DNA of 32,000 nucleotides, taken from NCBI RefSeq assembly GCF_000698785.1, contig NZ_CP007536.1:1080001-1112000 (forward strand), given 5' to 3'. Both the position numbers and the translations under genes were made by a program. Under the pieces are notes generated by a model, which saw only the letters and a program-made list of their open reading frames with translations, ran no database searches and was not told where the DNA came from. This DNA comes from Nitrososphaera viennensis EN76 (GTDB lineage: Archaea; Thermoproteota; Nitrososphaeria; Nitrososphaerales; Nitrososphaeraceae). Positions 14,995 through 22,689 of the stretch are shown piece by piece. Position 1 is the stretch's first letter, and each line of letters opens with the position of its first letter.

Positions 14995-17181
14995 ATGGCA
15001 AAGGATCCAGTATGCGGAATGTTTGTGGAAGAAAAGCCCGGCGCCATACGCCATACGGTAGATGGCAGGGAGTATTTCTTTTGCAGCACGCAGTGCCTGA
15101 ATGAATTCACTGCGCCAGAAAAAGAGCTAAAAAAGTTAAAGACGATCACAGGAGTCAGCATCGCCCTCACCATACCGATAACGGTACTGACCTACCTGAT
15201 GATATTGCCAAAAGAGATAAACAGCTACGTCCTTCTTGCGCTGGCAATACCTGTCCAGTTCTGGGCCGGTTGGCGGTTCTACAAGGGAACGCGGGACGCC
15301 ATCAAGGCCAGAGCGTCAAACATGGACACGCTGATCGCTGTGGGAACCACGGCTGCTTTTCTGTACAGCACCCTCGTGACTGTAATGCCGGGCCTGTTCC
15401 CGTTTGAAGGCGTGTACTTTGAGACGGCCGCCATAATCATCACCCTGATACTCATAGGCAGGCTGCTTGAGACCAGGACGAAAGAAAAGGCGTCAAACGC
15501 AGTCAGGAAGCTTCTCGACCTCCAGCCCAGGATGGCACGCGTGCTCAGAGACGGCGGGAAGAGAGAAGAGGAAGTGCCGGTGGAGCAGGTGCAGGAAGGC
15601 GACCTGTTCCTGGTCAGGCCGGGCGAAAGGATACCTACCGACGGAACGGTGACAGAAGGTTCCTCCTCTGTTGACGAGTCGGCAGTCACGGGCGAGTCGA
15701 TACCGGTCGACAAGTCTGCAGGCGCACAAGTCATTGGTGCTACGATAAACAAGAGCGGCCTGCTAAAGGCAAGGGCAACCAAAGTCGGCCAGGACACGGT
15801 CCTGTCGCAGATCATAGCGCTTGTTCAGGAGGCAAGGACGGGCAAGGCGCCGATGCAGAGGATGGCCGACCAGATCGCAAAATACTTTGTCCCAGCAGTC
15901 ATCGCAGTGGCAGTCGCGTCGGCGCTGGCATGGTATTTCATAGGCGGGATAGGGCTGACGTTCTCGCTGCTTGCCTTTGTGTCAGTCATAATCATAGCCT
16001 GCCCGTGCGCGCTTGGGATCGCAACGCCGGCCGCGTTGATGATGGGAACGGGCAAGGGGGCAGAGAACGGCATACTCTTCAAGGGCGGAGAGTACCTGGA
16101 GATAGCAAGAAAAGTCAGGACAGTAGTGTTTGACAAGACAGGCACCCTGACAAAGGGCCAGCCCGAGGTCACCGACGTCATGGCGTTGTCTGAAACAATG
16201 GGCGGGCAGCAAGAGTTGCTGAGGCTTGCCGCAATAGCAGAGTCAGGCTCGGAACACACGCTGGGCCAGTCCGTGGTCAGAAAGGCAAAGGAGCAGGGCC
16301 TTGTCGTCGCAAGCCCGGAATCGTTTGAAGTGGTGTCGGGACACGGGCTGAAGGCGGGATATGCGGGCCATGCCATAATTATTGGAAACAGAAAGATGAT
16401 GGCAGACAACGGAGTGGCTGTCCCAGACAAAGTCAGCGCGACGATGAGCAGGCTTGAGACGGAAGGCAAGACCGCAACTCTTGTTTCAGTCGACGGCAGG
16501 CTTGCAGGCATTGTGGCGATGGCAGATACCGTAAAAGAACATGCGCGCGAGGCAATCGACTCGCTAAAGGAGATGGGCATTCAAGTCATCATGCTCACAG
16601 GCGACAACGAAAGGACGGCAAAGGCCATAGCGTCCAGCCTTGGCATCGACAGGGTTATTGCGCAGGTGCTTCCCCAGGAGAAGGAGCAAGTGATTGCAAG
16701 ACTAAAGTCAGAAGGCAAGGGTGCAGTAGCGATGGTAGGCGACGGCATCAATGACGCGCCGGCCCTTGCCCGTGCCGACCTCGGCATTGCGATAGGCTCC
16801 GGGACTGACGTGGCAAAGGAGACGGGCGGAATCATACTGATAAAGAACGACTTGCGCGACGTCGTGGCCGCGCTTGAGCTTGGAAGGAAAACAGTGTCAA
16901 AGATAAAGCAGAACCTGTTCTGGGCTTTTGCGTACAACACGGGCCTGATACCCATCGCGGCAGGGGCGCTCGTGCCAGCATTTGGAGCGCAGGTGTACGA
17001 ATGGCTCCCGCTTCTTGCGGGAGGGGCGATGGCAATGAGCTCGGTTTCCGTCGTGGCCAACTCGCTGCTGCTTGGCAGGTACAGGCCGAGGTTTGCGGCA
17101 GCAGGCAGGCCGGAAAAAGAACAGATGCGTACAGAAAAAGAGCTGAAGCAGCCCTACTACCACTATACAGAAGCTACATAG
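14995..17181 (+). CDS. copA: Copper-translocating P1B-type ATPase with N-terminal TRASH/YHS metal-binding domain
   Basis: Start chosen at MAKDPVCGMFV (ATG 14995, TATA about 27 nt upstream) rather than the track start at 14911. The TRASH pattern is CGM...FCSTQC. Motifs CPC (IIIACPCALG), DKTGTLT, TGDN and GDGINDAP are present. Confidence 0.9.
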   Translation: MAKDPVCGMFVEEKPGAIRHTVDGREYFFCSTQCLNEFTAPEKELKKLKTITGVSIALTIPITVLTYLMILPKEINSYVLLALAIPVQFWAGWRFYKGTRDAIKARASNMDTLIAVGTTAAFLYSTLVTVMPGLFPFEGVYFETAAIIITLILIGRLLETRTKEKASNAVRKLLDLQPRMARVLRDGGKREEEVPVEQVQEGDLFLVRPGERIPTDGTVTEGSSSVDESAVTGESIPVDKSAGAQVIGATINKSGLLKARATKVGQDTVLSQIIALVQEARTGKAPMQRMADQIAKYFVPAVIAVAVASALAWYFIGGIGLTFSLLAFVSVIIIACPCALGIATPAALMMGTGKGAENGILFKGGEYLEIARKVRTVVFDKTGTLTKGQPEVTDVMALSETMGGQQELLRLAAIAESGSEHTLGQSVVRKAKEQGLVVASPESFEVVSGHGLKAGYAGHAIIIGNRKMMADNGVAVPDKVSATMSRLETEGKTATLVSVDGRLAGIVAMADTVKEHAREAIDSLKEMGIQVIMLTGDNERTAKAIASSLGIDRVIAQVLPQEKEQVIARLKSEGKGAVAMVGDGINDAPALARADLGIAIGSGTDVAKETGGIILIKNDLRDVVAALELGRKTVSKIKQNLFWAFAYNTGLIPIAAGALVPAFGAQVYEWLPLLAGGAMAMSSVSVVANSLLLGRYRPRFAAAGRPEKEQMRTEKELKQPYYHYTEAT

Positions 17182-17407
17182 TAGCTGCCCTTCTGACGAA
17201 CTGGTAGCCCGAACGCTCCAGCTTCTCTTTTATTTCCTCTTTTGTGATCAACGAAGAATCATATTCCACTATCACAGAGTCGGTCATGAAATCAATGTCT
17301 ATCTTTTTTATCGCCTGCTCGCCCTTTAGCTGCTTTTCTACAATGGGCTTGCACGTGGTGCAGTACATGCCGACTACTTTGAAGAGCGCCTTTTGAACTG
17401 CTGCCAT
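17174..17407 (-). CDS. copZ: HMA-domain copper chaperone
   Basis: 77 aa with GMYCTTC (the GMxCxxC motif) and a length consistent with a ferredoxin-like beta-alpha-beta-beta-alpha-beta fold. Convergent with copA, with 8 nt of 3' overlap. Confidence 0.85.
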   Translation of the reverse strand: MAAVQKALFKVVGMYCTTCKPIVEKQLKGEQAIKKIDIDFMTDSVIVEYDSSLITKEEIKEKLERSGYQFVRRAATM

Positions 17408-17445
17408 GTACTATAGATAGCCCATGCTCCAATAATAGGTTGCAG

Positions 17446-17461
17446 CCTTACAATTGTAAGG
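17446..17461. promoter_or_regulatory. Palindromic operator-like site in the divergent copZ / TRASH-gene promoter
   Basis: CCTTACAATTGTAAGG is a perfect 16-bp palindrome. AT boxes flank it on both sides: aataatagg (17431-17439) for copZ and tttatc (17469-17474) for the TRASH ORF. It shares the core TTACAATTGTAA with 14939..14952. Confidence 0.55.
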
Positions 17462-17498
17462 TGCTGTCTTTATCTACGATGTCCTGCTTACTAATGGC

Positions 17499-17642
17499 AT
17501 GTTCAAAGACCCCGTGTGCAAAATGATGGTTGATGAAAGGACCGCCGAGCACATATCAGAGGCAGGCGGCAAAAAAGTCTACCTGTGCTCTGCAGCATGC
17601 AAGTCGCAGTTTGACGCCAACCCAAAGAAATTTGGATATTAA
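17499..17642 (+). CDS. Stand-alone TRASH/YHS-domain metal-binding mini-protein
   Basis: Below the ORF-track size cut-off; hand translation gives MFKDPVCKMMVDERTAEHISEAGGKKVYLCSAACKSQFDANPKKFGY* (47 aa). The pattern DPVC.M......YLCS..C is the same as the CopA N-terminus (DPVCGMFV...YFFCSTQC). Confidence 0.7.
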   Translation: MFKDPVCKMMVDERTAEHISEAGGKKVYLCSAACKSQFDANPKKFGY

Positions 17643-17703
17643 ATGGACGGCGAATCAGCAATGTTCTTGCGCCATTCTGGACATAACCGTTAAGTAATCA
17701 TCG

Positions 17704-18210
17704 ATGCAATTTCTTGACAGCATGGAATCGCCCCCTCATCAATGGTTCGATGACGTGGGGCTTTGCGTCGTCTCTGCGTTTCTCTTTATTCCAATAATAA
17801 TGTCGCCATCATTATCTGTTTATGCCCAGAGTCCTTCTTATCCAGTCGAGATCGAGAATGTAAGGTTAGTGGATCCCGGCGGGCAACCTTTGGACGATTG
17901 CCAACCAGGCGGGGAGCTAGTCATGATCGCTGTCACATTGAAGAACCTTTCAGATTCAGGCCAGCCCGCAGCCATCATCGTTGAACTCAGAGACAATAGT
18001 AGCGACATCACGCAATTCGTTCAGTGGCAAACAACATCCATCGGTCCAAAGGCCACTCCGCAAGTGGCCATAAGTTTCAATCCTGCTTCTTTGTCATCAT
18101 CATCGTCGTCATCGTCGGCCGTTCAATATGATGCCAACGTTCTCGTATGGGACAAGGTGTTGACGCCTGTCCCTTTAAGCAGCCCATTAAAAGTCCCGGT
18201 TAGCTGCTAA
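17704..18210 (+). CDS. Secreted protein carrying the recurrent beta-domain
   Basis: 168 aa. An in-frame GTG at 17755 would give a cleaner signal peptide (MGLCVVSAFLFIPIIMSPSLSVYAQS). Its domain GGELVMIAVTLKNLSDSGQPAAIIVELRDNS...YDANVLVWDK is paralogous to 13400..13774 and 28240..28586. There is a poly-Ser run. Confidence 0.6.
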   Translation: MQFLDSMESPPHQWFDDVGLCVVSAFLFIPIIMSPSLSVYAQSPSYPVEIENVRLVDPGGQPLDDCQPGGELVMIAVTLKNLSDSGQPAAIIVELRDNSSDITQFVQWQTTSIGPKATPQVAISFNPASLSSSSSSSSAVQYDANVLVWDKVLTPVPLSSPLKVPVSC

Positions 18211-18255
18211 GTAGCAGTAGTAGCATGCAAGAAGGAAAAAGGAGAGATTATTTTT

Positions 18256-19530
18256 TTATCTTCTTCTCCAGTTTCTTCTTTTGCTTCCGCCACCAAAGTT
18301 GCGGCGGTTCCGGCCGCTGCGCCCGTGCTGCTGCGGCTGATGCGGGTGGCGGCCGCGCTGCTGTTGCAGCGCAGGGACTTCGATCCCCATCGCCTCATTC
18401 AATCGGCTTATTGGAAGTTTCGTTTGCCTCAGTATCCTTTCAAACTCGCCAAACCGGTCGGGAGACACGAGCGAGACGGCAGTGCCTTCTGCTCCTGCCC
18501 TTGCGGTCCGGCCTATTCTGTGAAAATAGGTTTCCGGCTCGTTTGGCACGTCATAGTTTATCACGTGGCCCACCGCCGGGACGTCGATTCCCCTTGCGGC
18601 AATGTCTGTTGCCACAAGCACGCTGTCTGCGCCCCTGCGGAACCTGTTCATGACGTGGTCGCGCTCTTTCTGAGACAGGTCGCCGTGTATTGCAGACGCC
18701 CGAAAACCTCCCGCCTTCAGGTTTGCCGCCAGCTTGTCCGCCCTGCGCTTTGTCGCGGCAAACACTATCACCTGCTCCTTGTGCGGGCGGATGAGGCTTG
18801 TCAGGTGGCTGAATTTCTGCTGCTCGCTTACGAGGAGGTACGACTGCTCGATGTTGTCAAGGCCGACTTCCTTCGTGTTCAGCCTTATTTCGCGTATCTG
18901 CCCTTCCCGCATGTGGCCCTTGGCAAGCCTTAGGATCTCCGGCGACATTGTCGCGGAAAACAGCAACGTTTGTCTGTCTTTGCTCCCGCTCTTGCCCAGC
19001 CTTGACAGTATGAACTCGATGTCGTCGATAAAGCCCATGTCAAGCATCCTGTCGGCCTCATCAAGGACTACAAACTTGACTCCGTCCAACTTTATCGAGC
19101 CCCGCTTTATGTGGTCTATGAGCCTGCCGGGCGTGGCGACCACTATGTGGGCACCCCTCTTTAGCAGGCCGGTCTGAACCCCAAAGCTCTGCCCGCCGTA
19201 AACTGAAACCGTCCATACCTGCGCGTATTTTGAAAATTTTATCAGCTCGCCTGTAACCTGAACCGCAAGCTCCCTTGTCGGCACGAGTATCAGCGCCTGC
19301 ACCTGCCTATTGCCATTTTTCACTTTTGACAAGAGCGGCAACCCAAATGCCGCCGTCTTGCCGGTGCCCGTGTGCGCCTGCCCTATGACGTCTTTTCCCT
19401 GCAGGATGAGTGGTATTGCCGCCTCCTGTATCGGGAAGGGTTTCTCAAACCCGTTTTCTGCAAGCGCTTTCTGGACCTTCTCGTCAAGCCCGAGTTCCTC
19501 AAACGTGGTTGCGGATTCCTTTACTGCCAT
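18256..19530 (-). CDS. DEAD-box ATP-dependent RNA helicase
   Basis: 424 aa. Q-motif FEKPFPIQ, then AHTGTGKTAAF, PTRELA, DEAD, SAT and HRIGRTARAG. Basic Arg/Gly-rich C-terminal tail. Confidence 0.9.
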   Translation of the reverse strand: MAVKESATTFEELGLDEKVQKALAENGFEKPFPIQEAAIPLILQGKDVIGQAHTGTGKTAAFGLPLLSKVKNGNRQVQALILVPTRELAVQVTGELIKFSKYAQVWTVSVYGGQSFGVQTGLLKRGAHIVVATPGRLIDHIKRGSIKLDGVKFVVLDEADRMLDMGFIDDIEFILSRLGKSGSKDRQTLLFSATMSPEILRLAKGHMREGQIREIRLNTKEVGLDNIEQSYLLVSEQQKFSHLTSLIRPHKEQVIVFAATKRRADKLAANLKAGGFRASAIHGDLSQKERDHVMNRFRRGADSVLVATDIAARGIDVPAVGHVINYDVPNEPETYFHRIGRTARAGAEGTAVSLVSPDRFGEFERILRQTKLPISRLNEAMGIEVPALQQQRGRHPHQPQQHGRSGRNRRNFGGGSKRRNWRRR

Positions 19531-19672
19531 CTTTCTTTTTCACTTTTATTTTCTCGTCATACAAAAGCCACGGAAGATGATGCGTGCGGTACTTGTTGAA
19601 CAAACCTGCCGGAGTCTCTTTGTACCTGACGCAGTAGGCCAGTGCATGATATAAACTGTGGTAACGTGTGGC

Positions 19673-19918
19673 CTATATCGCGTACGTCAGTTTTGCTATT
19701 ATTTTTTCCACGATCACGTCTACCTCCAAAGCCCTGTCCTTGCCAAGCGGGATTTCCACCCCGGCCTCGGCGGCCTTTCTGGCCACGTCCGCGTCGTCCC
19801 GGTCAAGCATGCAAAACGGATCGTCGAGGCCGCTGCCGCCGGCAGGGGCGCGCTCCGTCCAGATTATTTTTTTAGAGCCATCGTCCTTGTAGCCTGCCCG
19901 GTAAATACAGTCCGACAA
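19673..19918 (-). CDS. Hypothetical 81-aa protein, possibly translationally coupled to the upstream radical SAM gene
   Basis: An in-frame TTG at 19918 lies 2 nt after the TAA (19921-19923) of the rSAM gene. Translation: (M)SDCIYRAGYKDDGSKKIIWTERAPAGGSGLDDPFCMLDRDDADVARKAAEAGVEIPLGKDRALEVDVIVEKIIAKLTYAI. The composition looks protein-like. The track lists it only as the tail of a GTG-started ORF (19673..20002) that overlaps the rSAM gene. No family recognised. Confidence 0.3.
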   Translation of the reverse strand: MSDCIYRAGYKDDGSKKIIWTERAPAGGSGLDDPFCMLDRDDADVARKAAEAGVEIPLGKDRALEVDVIVEKIIAKLTYAI

Positions 19919-19920
19919 CC

Positions 19921-20955
19921 TTATTTCGCTCCCCAGCACCGGTCGTCGGCGGCAAGGTAGTTGCCGGTATAGGCGTACGCGGCGGCCCTGCAGCCACCGC
20001 ACTTGTACTTAAAGTCGCACGAGCCGCAATGTCCTTCGACGTCCCTGTCCTTCAGGTGCTTTATGACATCAGAGTTGTCCCAGATTTCCTTGAAGCTGCC
20101 ATCGCGTATGTTCCCCACCTTTAGCGGCAGAAATACGCAGGGGATGATGTCGCCGTTGGCCCGTATGGAGCCAAGCCCGATTCCTGCCTGGCATCCGATA
20201 AAGCCGGGCATCTCCATGTAGCATTCGTCTACCAGCACCAGCTTGTCGGTGTGCGACGTAAACATCATTTTCGTGTACTGGTTCTTTTTTGCGACCCACC
20301 TTTCATAGACGTACTTCCATTCCTCTGTCGACAGGTCCAGCTCCTTCGGGCCCCTTCCCACCGGGATGTACTGCGACAGGTTGAACGTGGAGACTCCCAT
20401 GGCGGCCACCCTGTCCACCACCTCGTCCATCTGCCTGTAGTTCAGCTTGTTTGCGGTAAAGCAGACCTTGGTCGTTATCTTGTTCTCGACCAGCATCTCT
20501 ATGGCGTCCATCGCCCGGCCGAATATGCCGTCCAGGCCGCGGAACACGTCGTGCGTGTACGGGAGCCCGTCCACGCTTATCTGGACGCGGGTTATCCCGG
20601 CCTTTTTCATCTCTTTTACGCTCTGCTCCGTCACCGTGCTCCCGGACGAGCCGAGGCCCACGTTCATGTTTTTCCTGCGCGCGTACCGGATGATGTCGTA
20701 TATGTCGTCGCGCAGGAGTGCCTCGCCCCCGGACAGCGACAGGTCCAGCACGCCGGCGTCGGCAAGGTCGTCCAGCAGCTTTATGCCCTCTTCGGGGCTC
20801 AGCTCGTCAGGGAGCCTGGACTTGGCGTTAGAGGAGCAGTGCTGGCAGTGCACGTTGCACAGGTTCGTGACGTGCCACACCATGTGGTAAGGGTATTTCG
20901 GGACTTTTGACAGGTACTGTTCTTTTTCTTCAATCATCTTTAGCTTTGTCTTCAT
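19921..20955 (-). CDS. Radical SAM / SPASM-domain enzyme B (peptide-maturase-like or NirJ/Ahb-like)
   Basis: 344 aa. Radical SAM cluster CNVHCQHC. GGEALLRDD. C-terminal auxiliary-cluster Cys pattern CQAGIGLGSIRANGDIIPC...CGSCDFKYKCGGCRAAAYA. ATGA overlap with the upstream PqqD-like gene. Confidence 0.85.
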   Translation of the reverse strand: MKTKLKMIEEKEQYLSKVPKYPYHMVWHVTNLCNVHCQHCSSNAKSRLPDELSPEEGIKLLDDLADAGVLDLSLSGGEALLRDDIYDIIRYARRKNMNVGLGSSGSTVTEQSVKEMKKAGITRVQISVDGLPYTHDVFRGLDGIFGRAMDAIEMLVENKITTKVCFTANKLNYRQMDEVVDRVAAMGVSTFNLSQYIPVGRGPKELDLSTEEWKYVYERWVAKKNQYTKMMFTSHTDKLVLVDECYMEMPGFIGCQAGIGLGSIRANGDIIPCVFLPLKVGNIRDGSFKEIWDNSDVIKHLKDRDVEGHCGSCDFKYKCGGCRAAAYAYTGNYLAADDRCWGAK

Positions 20956-21317
20956 TGGCTTGCCACTACCTCCTCCTTCCCTTCCTTCTTCTTCTCCTCC
21001 TGTTTCTTCTCGCCGCCTTCCCTTTGTTCGATGATGATCCCCCTGTCCACGAGTTTCTGGAGGAAATCAAGGAATACCTGCCTGCCTCCCTCTGCCGAGA
21101 ATTCGCCGTACATTTCCGATACCGCAAAGTGCACGTCCCCGACGGAGTTGCTGCCGTCAAGCATGTCCAGTACCAGCTTGCTCAGGGGAGAGATCTTGGT
21201 TATCATGTCGGTGCTCGGGTTGTACACGGTAAACGACTGGTCGTTTTCGCGCCTGCACACGACTTTTGGGTTCATGACAAAAACGGCAGTGTCATCGCTA
21301 CTTGTCATTTTTTTCAC
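20952..21317 (-). CDS. PqqD-family protein (putative RiPP recognition element)
   Basis: 121 aa. The layout is PqqD-like: a beta-start (VVCRRENDQSFTVYNPSTDMITKISPLSKLVLDMLDGSNSVGDV), then helices (VSEMYGEFSAEGGRQVFLDFLQKLVDRGII), then a Glu/Lys-rich tail. It overlaps rSAM A by 20 nt (or 11 nt from the ATG at 21308) and rSAM B by 4 nt. Confidence 0.65.
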   Translation of the reverse strand: MKKMTSSDDTAVFVMNPKVVCRRENDQSFTVYNPSTDMITKISPLSKLVLDMLDGSNSVGDVHFAVSEMYGEFSAEGGRQVFLDFLQKLVDRGIIIEQREGGEKKQEEKKKEGKEEVVASQ

Positions 21318-22398
21318 TCAGCCTCCTTAGCGGCTCTATCTGGATCAGCGGCTCATGCGACTTTGTTTCTGCTGCCGCTGCGGCAGGGATGTATTCCATC
21401 GGCTTGTACCAGCATTCAGGGTCGCCCTCAAACAGGTCGCCGTAATTTGCGTACGCCACAGCCCTGCACCCGCCGCAGACTTCTTTTTTGTCGCAGCAGC
21501 CGCAGTTGTTTTTCAGGTTACTCCTGTCGCGCAGCCCCAGCATGAGGGGAGCGTTTTCCCACAGGTAGCGGAATCCCCTTTCCCGCACGTTGCCGCAAGG
21601 GATGGGAAGCAGCGGGCACGAATAGAGGGTGCCGTCGGCGGCTATCCTGCAGGTGGTCCTGCCGGCGCCGCAGCCCGTCTTGGCGGCGCTCCCGATTTCA
21701 GGTATCAGGATTGCCGCCCTGCAGTCGTGCCATGTTATCCTTATCCTGTCCCGGTATTTCTTTTCCAGCTGCACCCATGCAGCCATGGTCTCCTTTAGCT
21801 CGTCGGCGGTCAGCGCAATCGTGGTGCCAAACCTCCCGGTGGGGACGTACTCCGACACGTTTACGGTGTCCGCGTGGAGGTCAAGCGCCATCCGCACTAT
21901 CTCTTCCCGCTCCTTGTAGTTGTGGCTCATGGGCGTGAACCCTATCAGGACCTTTATTCCCTCGTCCTTGAGGCACTTCACTGCGTCGCAGGCTTTTTGG
22001 AACAGCTGCGGCACCTGGCGGATGTAATCGTGCAGGGCAGGCTGCGTGCTGTCGATGCTGACGGTGACTGCCTGTATGCCCACCTCCTTGAGGCGCCTTG
22101 CGGTCTTTTGGTTGACAAGGATGCCGTTCGTGGCGACGTTTGTCAGCATCTTTCTGTCGTGCGCGTGCTGCATAAAGTCAAAGCAGTCCTTGCGCAACAA
22201 CGCCTCGCCGCCGCCAAACCCGAGAAGCAGGGTCCCGGCGTCTGCCAGCTCGTCGATCAGCTTGTGGCCTTCCTCGGTCGTCAGCTCGTTTGGAAGGGGC
22301 TTTCCGGCGTGCGAATAGCAGTGGATGCAAGAGGCGTTGCACGCCAGCGTCACGTCGTAGATGACATACAGCGGCTTTGGGGTATACGACATTTGCAT
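21298..22398 (-). CDS. Radical SAM / SPASM-domain enzyme A (paralogue of enzyme B)
   Basis: 366 aa. Radical SAM cluster CNASCIHC. GGGEALLRKD. C-terminal Cys pattern CGAGRTTCRIAADGTLYSC...CGCCDKKEVCGGCRAVAYA. LPNELTTEEGHKLIDELADAGTLLLGFGGGEALLRKD aligns closely with LPDELSPEEGIKLLDDLADAGVLDLSLSGGEALLRDD of enzyme B. Confidence 0.85.
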   Translation of the reverse strand: MQMSYTPKPLYVIYDVTLACNASCIHCYSHAGKPLPNELTTEEGHKLIDELADAGTLLLGFGGGEALLRKDCFDFMQHAHDRKMLTNVATNGILVNQKTARRLKEVGIQAVTVSIDSTQPALHDYIRQVPQLFQKACDAVKCLKDEGIKVLIGFTPMSHNYKEREEIVRMALDLHADTVNVSEYVPTGRFGTTIALTADELKETMAAWVQLEKKYRDRIRITWHDCRAAILIPEIGSAAKTGCGAGRTTCRIAADGTLYSCPLLPIPCGNVRERGFRYLWENAPLMLGLRDRSNLKNNCGCCDKKEVCGGCRAVAYANYGDLFEGDPECWYKPMEYIPAAAAAETKSHEPLIQIEPLRRLSEKNDK

Positions 22399-22406
22399 TT
22401 TGTTTT

Positions 22407-22544
22407 CTATGCCTCCGAAAACGTCGTCACCGAATCCAGCTTTTCAGAATCAAACGTTGCTGCCGCTGCCACTAGTCTGCGTCTGAGTGCAAAGCGAGGT
22501 TTTGAAAAGTAGCCGTTGCTTTCTTTGCGTCTATCCTCGGGCAT
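22407..22544 (-). CDS. Candidate 45-aa precursor peptide of the radical SAM operon
   Basis: Below the track cut-off. Codon-by-codon hand translation gives MPEDRRKESNGYFSKPRFALRRRLVAAAATFDSEKLDSVTTFSEA*. The TAG stop ends 8 nt before the ATG of rSAM A. The ORF opens only 8 codons upstream of its ATG, and an AT-rich TATA-like region lies 5-35 nt upstream. Coding status is unproven. Confidence 0.3.
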   Translation of the reverse strand: MPEDRRKESNGYFSKPRFALRRRLVAAAATFDSEKLDSVTTFSEA

Positions 22545-22689
22545 ACTACATAATATACCGGGTATTATTTAACATTATATCTATTTTTGGGTTTTCTGTC
22601 AAATTCAAGTGATTTAAGGGGATAAATGCCACATTAGATCTAATTTACGGAATTCTTAAATAATTCGACATCATACATCAAGCATACAT

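Noticed and set aside
15279-17163. Several long minus-strand ORFs (15279..15815, 15825..16580, 16581..17060, 16897..17163)
   Set aside because: All lie inside copA on the opposite strand. copA carries every P-type ATPase signature, and the antisense translations are Ser/Ala/Pro-rich shadows.
18225-19654. Plus-strand ORFs 18225..18653, 18325..18933, 18734..19177 and 19310..19654
   Set aside because: They are antisense to the DEAD-box helicase gene, which has all its conserved motifs.
20251-22512. Plus-strand ORFs 20251..20910, 20907..21545, 21355..21798 and 21874..22512
   Set aside because: They are antisense to the radical SAM / PqqD operon. Their translations are Arg/His/Val-rich with no motifs.
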